Positions 14,880 to 29,895 of a stretch of 64,000 nucleotides of DNA are shown in pieces. The stretch is from Lama guanicoe (taxonomy: Eukaryota): the NCBI GenBank assembly GCA_013239625.1, contig MU054391.1, positions 1,610,711 through 1,674,710 on the forward strand, written 5' to 3'. The position numbers were made by a program, and so were the translations under genes. The notes under the pieces are model-generated. The model was not told the origin of the DNA. It saw only the letters and a program-made list of their open reading frames with translations, and ran no database searches. Numbering within the stretch: position 1 is the stretch's first letter; each line of letters begins with the position of its first letter.

Positions 14880-15020
14880 CCTGTGTGTTGGTGACCAGCT
14901 GCTGCATAACTAACTAGCCCAGAACTCTGTGGCTTAAAGTGACAGTGACCTGTCGTCTCCGCGCGTCTGTGGGCTGGAATTGGGGCACAGCTTGGGGGGT
15001 TCAGGCTCAAGGCCTCTCGG
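14880..15020 (-). mobile_element. MLT-type LTR remnant
   Basis: gctgcataactaactagcccagaactctgtggcttaaa...ctgtgggctggaattgggg. Confidence 0.45.
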
Positions 15021-16932
15021 GAGGAGGGCCCGAGATGTGGGGAATGGGGTGGGGCTGCGTCGGCGAAGGTGCTCCTGGGGCTGGAGACACGGCCCCTCAG
15101 CCCGCCCCCTCCCTCCCAGAGCTGGGTCCTTGCCCCCCACTGCCCTCTCTGAGGCTCTGCTGGCTGCCGAGCCAGGACGCCTGTCTGCGGCCTGGGCAGC
15201 ATTGATCTGTTCCCAGGATTTGGTCTCAAAAACACATACTTGTGCTTCTGGCCCCACCTTCACCCCGGCTCCGGGGATGAGCTTACAGCCCAGCTTCTCT
15301 GAAGCCTGTCCACTTGGCACAGTAACCAGCACCAGGGCCACGACCCTGGTTCCTGGGACGTCGCAGGCTGGAGTACGCAGACTCGCGCTGTGAGACCAAG
15401 ATGGACCCGGTGGGGGCCCCCGACGGTGACAGAAGCCAGCATCTGCGTGGAAGCCCCCAGCCACCTGCTTCAGTGCCGGGCCCACAGCCTCACCCTGCGC
15501 GCCATCACTCAGGCGCTCGGGTGTGCGGGGAGATGGGGGGGGGAGACGATTCGAGGAGACGTTTGGGGACCCACCAGCACCTGCTGCAGCTCCGACTGGA
15601 GAGTCTGAAGCCTGGACACTTGGTGCAGGTCCTGGGAAGGTGACGCTCTCATCACGGCCTCTGCGACAGAGGCCTTGGTCTGCAGGGGACAAGCCCGCCT
15701 GTGTGGGTTTCCTGACCTGTGCCGTGTACTTGAGCCCAGTGCCCGGGTGCTCCTCGCCCACGGTCAGGGCCTGGAGAAGATCCCTGCCTGCACGAAGTCC
15801 AGCTGCTTCCGCCCGGGCCCCGTGTTCCTGAGGACTCCCCCGAGAGGCCTGGAGATGGGCGCGGGAGCAGTGCCGTCCCGCTGCGCCAGGGCCCCGAGGA
15901 CAGCTGCGCCTCCCTCACCCAGCATGTGCTGTCCTATTGCTCTCCCTCTGGGCTTGCAGGGCGTCTCATGGGCCCTTGTCTCCCTCCCAACCCATTTCGT
16001 CCTTCCCGCCCCACATCATCCTCCTGCGCTAAAGCCAACCAGCCTGTCCTTCCTTCGTGCTGGCCATCTGCTCCGAGGAGCCCGGCCAGACCCGTGGCCC
16101 AGAGGGCTCCTGCCCCCGCACTCAGCACCACCCTGCAGACCAGCGTTGCCATGGTGTGGTCTCTGCCTGATCCCCAGTAAAGCCTTCATCACAAAAAAAA
16201 CCCACCTGACACCATTTTTGTCATTTTGCTCAGTGACAGCACACATCCAGAAGTCATGTGTTTCCTCCCCTGGAGTTCGTGACTGCCTGCTGCCCCCAGA
16301 CGGCCGCCCAGCATTGCACTGAGCGGGGCAGACCGATGGCCGGGGTGGGAGCCTGGCTCCCTCCGCCCAGTGCCCAGCAGGCAACCTGGTGGTGTTCCTG
16401 TGCCCCAGGTCCTGGCCTCCCGCAGTCAGCGGGCGGCTCGCAGGCATGAGAACCCCAGGTGCCAAACATGTACCCCTCGTGGGGAACATGCCAGGGAAAG
16501 GGCAGCCTGCTCGGCCGCGAGGCCTTCGTGTGAACTTGGTGGAGCTGAGACGCAGGTTCAGGGGGCAGCCGCGGCGTCTGCTCTCCCAGAGCCCAGGCGG
16601 TGTCACTCTGCCACCGCGGCCTCACAAACCATCTTCCACAATGAGCAGGGTGGGTGCAATGCCTTCATCGTTCTGGGAAGCAAACCCAGGACTGCTCCCA
16701 GCACCTGACCTGCACTGGGACGGGAGGGACGGGAGGGAGATGCGGCCATGGCAGTCTGAGTGGCTCGGGCTTTGGGTTGGGAGTGTTTCTGCACTTTGCT
16801 TTATGGAAGCAACCTTGTAGATCATGCACTGTGACTGTGACTTTGCAAAGTCCACATCTTGACACCAGAAAGGTGGGAACACTTTTTTTTCTTTCCTGAA
16901 CTCATTTCTTCTCCTGTTGCCTCTCAGAGGAG

Positions 16933-17224
16933 CCCCTCCTCCATCACTTCTCCCTCCTCCTCCTCCATCACTTCTCCCTCCTCCTCCATCATTTCTCCCT
17001 CCTCCTCCACCACTTCTCCCTCCTCCTCCATCACTTCTCCCTCCTCCTCCCTCACTTCTCCTTCCTCCTCCACCACTTCTCCCTCCTCCTCCATCACTTC
17101 TCCCTCCTCCTCCATCACTTCTCCATCCTCCTTCATCACTTCTCCCTCCTCCTCCATCACTTCTCCTTCCTCCTCCATCACTTTTCCTCCCTCCTCCTCC
17201 TCCATCACTTCTCCTTCCTCCTTC
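16933..17224. repeat. 21-bp pyrimidine-rich minisatellite (CCCTCCTCCTCCATCACTTCT), about 13 copies
   Basis: Read directly; no G on the plus strand across the array. Confidence 0.95.
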
Positions 17225-18578
17225 GTCCGTTCTCTTCAACCCATCCTATGATTCAACCCAGGCTGGAGAGACCGCAGCCCCAGAGGGGGCCTCCTCAGGG
17301 TGCATGGGATCAGTCTGCAGGTGAGGCGCAAAGACCAGTCCCCGACCCGCCCTCACAGGGTGTGTAGTCTGCCTCTGCTCACGGTTCTCGTTCTCTGGGG
17401 CTCTTTTCTGGTCGCTTTGCCATCAGAGACCCGTGCCTTCCCTATGCCCCCATCCATTGACAGTGACTCGAAGCCAGTGAGCTGGCCCTCTGCAGTGTGT
17501 GCAGCCCCCAGGGCCAGGAGGAACCAGGCCGCCTGCTTTTCTTCTTCAGTACCTCTCGTCCCTTCTCTCTGTCCCTGTTCTCCCTCAGTGGTACCATCAG
17601 GACTCTCCTTCCTGGTCAGTTTCTGTTTTTATGACTACTTATCAGAAGACAGATTAGCTGAAAAATGTCATTTGACCTGGTTTAGACCAACTAGCTAATC
17701 TTCGTGGTTACAATTTTGAACCCCGGGTGTGTCCTGAGTGGTCCCAGAGGATGGCCTTCATGTCCACAGCAGACTGCCCACCTCGTGCGAAACACTGACC
17801 CTGGCGGCCGAGGAGGCCCAAGTAGCCCCTCGCCTTGTGGACAGGGCGAGGCGGGGGAGAGCCCAGAGCAGCTCCTTCGCTGGCTGCGCATGGGGCGGTG
17901 CTCGCCGGCGGGGCGGCCTGCTCAGCAAAGGGCTGGTTTCCCGGAACTACGCGGCCTGCAGTCGGTTGTCACAGGGCGCCGCACACCCTTGTTTCAGTCC
18001 ACGGGTCTTTATTGTTCTCCCCAGCAGGCAGTCTTCACTCTCAGCGCTTTTTCTCCTCACCCTGCCCTCCAGAAAATACGCCCTCTGCCCAGATCACAGT
18101 GGAGCAAATTCTTTTCTTCCAGGGAAACCAGATCACAAAGGAAGCAACCCAAAGTTATTAGCCAAACAGTAAAAACCATGTAAAGTGACAGGTGCTCCGG
18201 ATTTATTCGAGACATTAGAAAAAGGCCCCACTCCTCGTGGTGCCCTGGAGGAGGGAGACATGTTTTCTCAGAAGTTACTGACCGTCCTCCCGGGTGACAC
18301 ACCTGACGCCTTTCTCTCAGAGAGGATACCTCCGCCCCACGGCCATGTCTCTGGATGCTTTACAGGCATTGTGAACCCAACGCGCCACCCGCCAGGGAGC
18401 CACTCCCCCGCTTACTGTCACCTCTGTGTGTCGTGAGCCGCCATGCTTTATGATGCCCCTGTGAAGCATTCCTTGGCAAATTGGTTCCCATACAGAGCAA
18501 TCTGCTTCTCCTGTAATCTATTATGGAAAAGCCTAGAAGTAAATTCATTCTTGTTGCTCTCACTCAAAATTCCCGCAG

Positions 18579-18651
18579 ATCCTCACGAACCTGCAGCAGG
18601 GCCTGGCCGAGGACGGGAGCGCCAGCAGCCTCTCTCAGGAGAACAGACAAG
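18579..18651 (+). CDS. TRAPPC12: TRAPPC12 coding exon (about exon 7): ILTNLQQGLAEDGSASSLSQENRQ(A)
   Basis: cccgcAG acceptor, AAG|GTcagt donor; 73 nt, phase 0-1. Confidence 0.92.
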
Positions 18652-20732
18652 GTCAGTGGGCCAGCCCCCCTTCCTTAAGCAGGTCACCAGAGTCGTCAGG
18701 AGACTCGGCCCCAAGGGGATTTCTCTATCTCACTTTTCCGTCTCACTCAGTGACACGCTCCTCACCCTTCATGTGTTTGCCTCCTCGGTCCTTTTGGGGA
18801 AGCAAGCACCGTGCTTGGCGCTGTTAACACGTGAAGGCCAAGTTAGACCCGAGCCCCGCTCCCGGGGACCCCGTCGGGCAGAGAAGACCCGCCCGCCCCG
18901 CATAATCCCAGAAAAGGATGTGGTGCCATCGGGGAGAGGAGCCCGGCCCGCCCACGGAAGCCAGGAGGCCCTCGGGCTGGGGTCCTCCCCGGGAGAGGGG
19001 CTGCCCCGCCAGAGCCACGGGCTGTGGCAGGAGGGAGCAGGGGCGGGGAGCCCGCGAGGAGCTGGAGGGAGAGCCCTGCGGGCCCTGCGTGCGGAGCCCG
19101 GGGGCCTTGCTGCCGAGGGTGTCCTCGAGCGCTGGGCAGACGGGCCGGCTGCTGGGAGACGAGCTTCCTGGCTGAGGCTTCTCAGCCGAGAGAAGCACTT
19201 CCAACCATGCTTTGAGCCCCAGCTCAGCTGCTGCCTCCCTGAGGCGCCCCTCACCTGCCACTGGGTCCTCAGGCCAGCACCTCTGCACGGCAGCCTGTGG
19301 GGCCTGGTCGTCAACTGTCCCCACGGTGTCACCTCCCTGGGCCAGGGGCTTGGTGGTCTCCACCTCTGTGCACTGTGAGGAGGCTGAGTTGGGGGGTACC
19401 CGAGGGGCAGCCCCCTGGGCAGAGGGAGGGGCCAGAGCCCCAGGTGTGGCAGGGCACCTGGCGAGGGAGACTGGCTGCAGCGGGGCCCCAGGTGTGGTGC
19501 CCAGATGTGCCCCTGACTCCGGGAAGAGGGGGGAGCCTCCTGGGGGGGGGTGTCGCCCTCAGGGACCAACAACTCTGGCTGTGTTTGTGCTTTGAATACA
19601 GAGCCCTTTCTTTGAGAAAGCCCAGGTGACCACATCCTTCTCAGTAATTTGAGGGCAGGTAACTTGCAGGGCCCGACAGGGGAGTCTTGGGGCCCTCAGA
19701 CGCCCGCCCGCCACGTGTTCGGGTCCTGGTCATCACATCCACTCAGGCCCCGGCCTTACTGCGGAGGAGCAGGTAGCTGTGGGACCTCAGAAAGCAGTGC
19801 CTGCAAATCTGATAGCTCACGGCAGATAAACAGAGGCAAAGAGGGAAGCATTAATACTCGGAAGTCTGCAAAGACAGTCTAAGCAAAGTGCAGCTCACTG
19901 GGAGTCCACATTGTACCTTCATTAAGAAAAGACATCGTTCAGAGTTTTTTTCACAAAAACGATGCTGTAAGAGGAATATAAGCCGCTAATGTATTTTTAG
20001 TTGCTGAAAGGCAAAGTGAGTTACGTTCTTAATTCCGGCAGTTAAGGTTTGTGTGTTTTTCTTCAGCGCTCCAGGAATGAGCGTCGTTTGCAGGAGACTG
20101 TGATCCCAAGTGGCCCGTGGGTGCTGGCAGCAGCAGGAGGGTCAGTCTCAGTAAGCAGGCAGGTCAGCGAGGGGCAGGCTCGCCCAGCCCCACGTGCAGA
20201 CACGCCTGGGATGTGCTCGTCCCTGGTCCTGAGCCGGACTGCGGGCTGACCGCCCGACCGCGCGCCGGCCCTCGCCCCGCCCTGCTCCCCACGTCCCCCC
20301 ACTCTCCGCCCTCGAAGCCCGGGGAAGCAGATAGGTTAGGAATTGTTTCCACTCAACAGTGTCTGCCACCGAGGCACGGCTGCTGACATCCGGCGGGTGA
20401 CCGTCCACCAGCCCTGCGGCCGGGGCGGGGGATTTTGGGTGGACCTCCTGCTGATCCACTTTCACACCACCTTCCACCTGCTGCAGGTGCCCTCACCTTC
20501 CCAGGATTTGCTCCTCGTCTCGGGGTGCTACCCTGGGGACATGGCCCTGGCTGGACCCTGTGCTCGGTCGCCCTCCTGTTTCCCTTGCTCTGCCCAGAGC
20601 CAGGAGCACGGCTCAGGGGTGTGGGCTGAGCAGCAGTGAGCCCCTGGCCGAGGCCGGGTGCGGGGACAGAGGGGCTGAGTCGGGGCTGAGGCAGGGCGCT
20701 CCCGCGTTCGCTCACCGCGTCCTCTCTTGCAG

Positions 20733-20806
20733 CCTCCATCCAGCTCTGGCGGTCCCGCCTGGGCCGCGTGATGTGCTCCATGGCCAACTGTCTGCTGCTC
20801 ATGAAG
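20733..20806 (+). CDS. TRAPPC12: TRAPPC12 coding exon (about exon 8): (A)[24 protein letters not shown]
   Basis: cctctcttgcAG acceptor, AAG|GTagga donor; 74 nt, phase 1-0. Confidence 0.95.
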
Positions 20807-21921
20807 GTAGGACACTGGGGGGGGGGGACCGCCGGGACCCCATGGTGGGAACACCACCCGAGGAAGCGCACCCGAGGGGTTGCTGAGCAGGATTCCACCC
20901 CAGGAAAGAAGTCTCTGTTCTCCTGGGTTAGAGGAGGTGGCTTCCCTGTCCTGACCTGACGCTCGATGGTCCTGGCATCCAGAGACAGGCTTCTCCACGA
21001 GACCTGCTCCTTGGGGCTCACTTGGCACTGCCAGACGGCTAGGAACCAGGAGGCTGAGCGAGGCTGTGTCGGGGGCCTTCGGTCCTCTGCTCTGTCGCCT
21101 ACACTCCTCCCCAGGCAGGGTCTCCTCCCAACTCACACGGTGGGATCTTGAGCCAGCAGGCCTCCAGCTGAGGCCTCACTGAGCAGACACCCAGAGTAGC
21201 GCCGTTAACACCTTCCTGCTGTTCGGAGAGCAGGTCGTGACGCCTCCCACGGGCCGGCCAAGGTCACCCTTGAGCTGGGTTTCAGCAGAGCAGACGGTTT
21301 GCGAGGGGAGAAACGTGCTCTGGGGGCTGGCGGGGCATCCCTGTGAGGACCGTGTCCAGGGCAGCTGTACGTCCCGAGGCCCCTTCCATGTGCCCCGTGC
21401 AGCTGTGACACGGGTGCAGACTGGCCTCGCACCCCCTTCCCATCTCTGAGCTCCGGGCGCCTCTCCTGAACCGAGGCGCAGTTCAGCTGCCTTTGCAGCC
21501 ACCCTCCGCCAGCAGCGTGGGGGTCAGGAGCCCTGGTCCTCTCCCCTCGAAGTCACTGGCATACAGAGGAACCAGGGGCAAAGTCCGAATTCGCAAGCTG
21601 CTGTCTCGTTAATCACGGGGAGAACTCGGGAGGGAAGTTTCCGGTTCCACCGACGGGCTTCGACGTGCGTTTTTAGGACACGTTCACAGACAGGGATGGG
21701 GTGAGAGCGCCTCCTCTGTTACGCGGCAGGAGCTCCGCCTCCACCAGGCCGCAGCCCCGCCCCCTCCCGCGTGGTCGGGACGCGGCGCTCAGTGCTGCTG
21801 TGCTTCAGAGACGCGCTTCCACAGATGCAGTTTACCTTGAAGTTTTAGATTAGTCTTTCATTCTCTTGAGCTAAACAAGGAGTGAAAGGGTCGCAGGGAG
21901 GCCTCAGCGAGCCGCTGCCCC

Positions 21922-21938
21922 TGCTGCCATCTGGTGGG
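21922..21938 (-). promoter_or_regulatory. CTCF-type motif CCACCAGATGGCAGCA
   Basis: Plus strand reads tgctgccatctggtgg; matches the CCASYAGRKGGCRS core consensus. Confidence 0.55.
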
Positions 21939-23623
21939 CAGGACCGCATCACAGCCGCCTGCGGTCTCCGTTCGCGGGTCTCCCGTTAATTAAATTATGT
22001 GTCTGGGCTAACAATGAGTTATTTAATCATCCGGCTAATTATTTTGAATAACATTTCTATTACAGTGAGATAAATATTAATGTAACTTTTTATCGATGAG
22101 CAATCTATCCACACGCTTCAGCCGAGCATCTGCACCAGACGCCCTCAGGCAGAGGTGCACGCCCTGAGAGCCTGGGGTCCCCAGCCTCGCCTGCGACACG
22201 TTGCTTCCTCTCCTGAGACTCGGCTGCCTCAGGGCGCCGCGTGGGCAGCCACCCAGGTGCCTGGGCCTCCCGCCTTGGGCGCCTGCCCCACCCTGCCCAT
22301 GCTCACGTCCTCAGAGGACCTGGCGGCCCTGTAAATCCTTCTCCTGGTCACAGGCCTAGAGTCACCGCCACCAAACAGGTGCCACTGCTGAAAGAAAAAG
22401 GCCGAAGGTTGGGCTAAATAGGTCTGTCCCCAAGAGCAGCCATTCACTCCCATCCTCAGAGCCACACCTGTGGCCACAGCGTGGGTGACACTCTCCCAAG
22501 AGCTCGTTTTAGCCATTTTCCCTTAAAGGGGCCGTATTTCCTCACCGCCAGTAAATCAGCAGTTTCGCTGAGTGACATCAGCTGGCAGAAGCCCTCCCTG
22601 TGGCTGCAGCGCCCGGGCAGCTCCTGTCCAGGCCTGGTGGGCTGCACCTGCAGCCCCCAGGCCCCTACTGCCTGCCAGGAGCTTTCCCACGAGTCCCCCA
22701 CGCCCACGGGCCTGCCCAGAGCACTCTCCCAGGAGAGCCCTGTTTTAACAGAACAGCAGCTAAATAACTTTCCATCAGGGATCCTTGCTTGGTTTTTTTA
22801 AAACCTGTCCTTTCCACATCAAATTGTCTTCAGAAACCTTGGCTCCCGGCCCAGAGCACTGAAACGTGAGGCTGTGAGGCAGCGACACCGGCCGGAGAGC
22901 ATCCTAGAGGGGCAGTGCGGTGGCCTTGCGTGCCCTCCGCATCCCGCTCCAGCTCTCTGGGGACCGGCTCAGCCCCAAACGTCACTGGAGCACGTGAGAC
23001 GCAGGCCAGGATTCGGGGCGCGTGCACTGCAGGGGGCCTGTGACACTTGGGTGCTAACTGACAGCCGGGCAAGGTTGCCCTTCGTTCACTCTAACCCAAA
23101 AGTAAGGGTTGGTGTTAAACACCGCGGGTGATTCTCAGGTGCTCCGCGGTGTCCCTGCCGCCCCTGAAGTCTAGGGCTCGGCCTGACTCAGACCAGGCCG
23201 TGAGGCCGCCACCTGCCCCTGGCTGGGCCTCCACTCCCCGCGGGCCCGCGCCAGCCGCGCAGTTAATAAATTGGGCCTGAGTATTTGGCAGACAGGGACA
23301 AGACAGGATTCACCAGTTCACTTGATCCTTTTGTCAGGAAAGGAGTTAGTCTGGGTGCGATGCTGATCGCTGCTTAGAAGGTGGAGGAAGAGAGCCCCTC
23401 AGGCCTCAGTGCAGAGCTGGGAGCCCTGGGGCGGGAGGGCAGCCTCCGGACTCAACCTCCAGGTGTGCATGCCTCCTGCCTGCGCCTCAAACGGGGCCCA
23501 GCTTCCCGCCTGCTCGCGTGGGAGCCCCGCTTCCCAAGCAGGGCTGCAGGCCCTAGTCCGTGTGCAGAACTGAGCGTGGTCTCCCTGACTCCAAAATGCT
23601 CTCGGGGCCCCTCTCCCCTGCAG

Positions 23624-23722
23624 GACTACGTGCTGGCGGTGGACGCCTACCGCTCGGTCATCCAGCACCACCCGGAGCAGGAGCCCCAGCTGCTGAGCTG
23701 CATTGGCCGGATCTTCCTTCAG
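23624..23722 (+). CDS. TRAPPC12: TRAPPC12 coding exon (about exon 9), TPR region: [33 protein letters not shown]
   Basis: ctctcccctgcAG acceptor, CAG|GTgcgg donor; 99 nt, phase 0-0. Confidence 0.95.
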
Positions 23723-25699
23723 GTGCGGACCGCGGGGCGGGGGTTGGGGGGCCTGCTCGTGCCTCAGAGCTTACTCTGGATTTAAGAGAGAACGCAGGAA
23801 ACAAGACATCAAGTCAGGTTTCTGTGGCCGTACCAAGCTTTACGCCCTCCTGGCTTTGACATGACCAGGAAGCCGATTGTGGAACATGAATTTACGTAGA
23901 TTCCCATCTGGGAAGCACTGATGTGGGTTACTTGGGAGACTGTCCGGTTCCAGTTAGAAAAGTTGATAAAACCATGAGGAATCTTATTTTAACTTGATTG
24001 ATAATATAGTAACTTGATGATATTTTGCTGGAAAGAGCACTTGACTCCGCGTGAACTGGACAAAGGGCGTCCAGCAGTCCCAGCAGTGCAGAAAGCTGGA
24101 AGGTCCCCACTTTGCCAAGAACGGCTCCGGTGCCGGGGTGCAGGTCGCTGTGGTACTTGGTGACAGGGAGTGATGGGCGCCCGTCCTCGCTTCTGTCTGT
24201 CCCAGGACACAACCCTGCATGTGCAGGCTCTGCCCTCACCCCCGTGTCTCGGGCTTCTACCATAACTCCGGGAGCTGGGGACGGGGAGCATGACAGGGGG
24301 CCAGTGATGTCTGGAGAAGGGGCGGACGTCCATCGAGCAGGCGCTAAGTGAGCTGTCACCTCGCCATGCGGCCCTGGGGGCGTCAACACCACCTGCTCCC
24401 CATCACAGAGAGACTGCCCTCCCCACACTCCTCACCAGCAGCTCAAACTGTAGAATAGGGACCGTGCCGTCCAGAGCTCGTTTCAGACGGTCATCCACCG
24501 TCACAGTGGCTTCCGAGCGGCTGACATGGTGAAGAACCCGGGAAAGAGGAACAGTTGATGGAGCTGAGTCTTTCCTCGGTGGCCAGGAGCATGATGTGTC
24601 CACACAGGGGCCCCGGGCCAGGCAGCCATGCCCTGCAGGTCACCGCAGGAGGGACAGAGAGCTCGCCTGCTCCCCAGCCAGGTCTGGCCGACCCCTCCGC
24701 TCCCTCCCTGAGGGGGGGGGGGGAGCGGGTGCAGGAGCGGTTCCAGTCTCTGCCCCAGAAACACTCAGGGCCGTGCACCTGCAGTAGGTCCTGCTCCGGG
24801 GGCCTGTGTCCCCAGATCTTTGCAGCTGTGGTTCTGAGTGAAATTGGCCTGGGTTTGTGTGTGTGTGAGCTGTTTGCAAAAGCACTTGGTATCTGTTCTG
24901 TCTTCATAAAAAGAGGTCAGTTTTCTTTCCTTCTCTGTCCTCTGGGGTATTTGGGATACTCTGGAATTATCTATTCCTTGAAGGTTTGAATAATTCACCT
25001 CAGAAGGGTCTAAGGCACACCCCGGGGATTCGTCGGACGGTTGTGACTAATGGCGCCTGCGTTCCGTGTGTGGGAGCCTTCTCCCTGTTCCTGGGACCGA
25101 TGGCGGTGATTTAGAGGCCTGGAAAACCGCCTGTTTGGTCCGTGTGTTTACATATATTTGCATAGAGTTCTGTAAAATGGTCTTCTTTCATAATTACTCC
25201 AGTTTCCTTCCTACCTGTAGTTGCTTCTCCTTTTACATTTATGATTCTGTGTGTTTATGCTTTTTCTTGATTAGTCCATCCACTTACTGTGTGTTGTTTT
25301 CTTTAAATAACTACTTTGGGCTTGTTTATTTGCTTACTAGATATTTTGTTTTACTTCTAATTGCCTTTTTGTATTGTTTAATTTTTTAAGCTGTCTCTAA
25401 CTCTTAGAAAATCAGGATTTTAAACCCTAATTATATTTTAATAAATATGGAAATGTAAGCTCACTTTCCAATGACCAGGCAAATCAGTAGGTGGCAAAGG
25501 AAATTCTAAGATTTCTCCATTATCTCCCACTGGAAAATGGCTTGGGTGCAAGTCCTGTACCAGCCCCGTGAGGCTGCGGGGTGCGGAGGGCCCGCCCGTG
25601 GCCCGGGAGGTGGACGGACCTGGTTCTGAGCCCCCGCTGCTACAGGTCAGCTGTGTGACCTGAGAAACTGCCCACCTTTGTGAGCCTCATCTTTTAACT

Positions 25700-26400
25700 G
25701 GAGCGTGAAGGGGGGCTAGCGGAACGTCACAGGATGCTGTGCGCCGGCAGCCGCGCGCAGCGCCCAGCTCCGCGCCCGGCAGACACGGGGGCTTGACACG
25801 TCTTTAGCGGCAGCAGGTGACCCTCAGTGCGCTCACCAGCGTTTAACGGGCCTGGCCGAGGTCCGGGCTAAAGTGCACCCGCCGCCGGGAGCGCAGGTGT
25901 CGGGGCTGCGGCGGGCGCGGAGCCGGCCCCGTGGGTGGGCGGCCGCGCGGGAGAACGCCGTTCTGCCTCCTCCCCGCGCGGGTCCGCTTCCCCCGCGCCC
26001 CCGACGCGGGGTCTGCGGGGTGGCGCCGCGACCCTGCCCTCCTGTAAGCCGTGGGCAGCCTGGCGCAGCGCCCGGGCTCCCGGGGCGGGGCCGATCCTCC
26101 CCCGCCACAGCCGGGCAGCCGGGCCACGTGTGTCACCCGCCCCGGTTCCCTCGGGGCCCCGGGGAGAGGAGCCCGGACCCCCGCCTGCCCCCGGCTCCAG
26201 GGCGCGGGGCTTCAGCCTCCGGGCCGGCGGGCGTCCCTGGAAGGACGGGGCTGGTGGGCGGCGGCAGGGGTGCGGGGGGCACGGCCCTGCGTGGTGGCCG
26301 TGTTCTGACGTCCGGGGCCCGCTGCTCAGGGCTGCGCCCTACGCCGGCCGGGGACACAGGGCCTGCCTCTTCCCTCACCCTCGCCGGAAGCTGTTTGTTT
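25700..26400. promoter_or_regulatory. Intragenic CpG island in a TRAPPC12 intron
   Basis: Dense CGCG, CCGG and GGGGCGGGG stretch between AT-rich flanks. Confidence 0.65.
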
Positions 26401-27049
26401 AAACAGGATTTAAATTTTTCCTACATTTCTCACTATAAGCCTCAAATCATCGATTTCCTGCCTCACGCGTTTGAGGGCAGAGGAGACCTGATTCCCCCTT
26501 ACCACGCCCCCCGCTGTGGTTCTGCAGTGATGGCCACGCAGCGGGGTGCGGCCGTCCGGACCCCCGTGACTCTGGCTTCATCTTACAAGGGGCGCTGAGG
26601 GGGCTTCCTTACGTTGGGATAAGAGTGGGGTCATCTGTTCGCTTGTCCAATGGGACTGTGTGTTCCTGCGTCAGAATATGACTGGAATTTGCAGGTTTGA
26701 TGGTAACCCCCAAAATTGACTAGGGGACTGCCGTATTATACCAAAGATCAAACAAATGTATTATTTTAGTCATTCATTTTATTTTTATTTTACATGTCGC
26801 TAAGCCAGGATTCCTTTCAAAGGGTACAAATCAAAAACTGAGGCTTGTTAACACAGCAGGTGTGGTGACAGCTCACCCTCTGACATGTGGGTGTTGACAC
26901 CCCGTGGTACCCCAATGGCTTTTTTTTTTAAGTAACGATTAGTAAATGGTTACCAAAGTTCTACCTGCCTGATTCATAACTGTGTTCCAGCATCTTAGCA
27001 TGATATTAGGGAATTACATACATGGATGGAGATTTAAGTTGTCACCTGA

Positions 27050-29260
<2,211 letters not shown>

Positions 29261-29741
29261 GAAACTGGATGGACTACAAGGTAAAACAATGGTTTTAATG
29301 AACAAGTATGACTTTTTACCTGAATATTTTCTCAAGTTTCCCATAAGTTTTAAACTCTGACCGTGCGGCACAGCCTGCTGGGGAGAGGGTCCCTTCTGCG
29401 TGCAGTGCTGGGTCTCCCCGGGCCAAGGCTGAGCAAGTCAGGGGACCCAGAAGTGTGCTTCCCGGACTTGCAGTGGGATTCCTTTAGTCATAAAAGCTGA
29501 TTTTAAGAATTTTCCCCTGATTTTTCATAGTACTTCTTTATATTGCCCCCATTTCAACCTGAATTTGTGTTAAGTTTTTCCCTCTAGTGCAACTGCCATT
29601 GTAACTCCCATGTCTTGTGTCTGTGATTGGCTTTTATGAGTAAAATAAGCCGTATAAAGCGAGGCCCGTGCGGGTTTGCGTTCATCAGCCCAACGCTCCC
29701 TGCATGGATGATGCTCTCTCCAGCACAGTAAGGACAGAAGG

Positions 29742-29895
29742 CGGGGAGGGGTAGCTCAGTGGTGCAGTGCCTGCCTAGCGTGCACAAGGTCCCGGGTTCA
29801 ATCCCCAGTACCGCCATTAAAAAAAATAAACCTAATTACCTCCAACCACAAAACAAAAAACAAAAATAAAATAAAAATTGGGTTGTCTTTAAAAA
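29742..29895 (+). mobile_element. tRNA-Ala-derived SINE (Vic-1-like)
   Basis: gtagctcagtggt...gggttcaatccccagtacc plus tail; acagaagg on both sides. Confidence 0.85.

Noticed and set aside
16622..17324. Long Gly/Arg-, Ser-, Pro- and Glu-rich ORFs on both strands
   Set aside because: They are artefacts of the stop-free 21-bp minisatellite, with no splice or gene context.
18443..19635. 311-aa and 288-aa overlapping ORFs
   Set aside because: GC-rich intron with few stop codons and no recognisable domain; the true 73-nt TRAPPC12 exon is in a different frame.
25873..26598. 241-aa ORF in the intronic CpG island
   Set aside because: Same GC artefact; non-ATG start and no recognisable homology.
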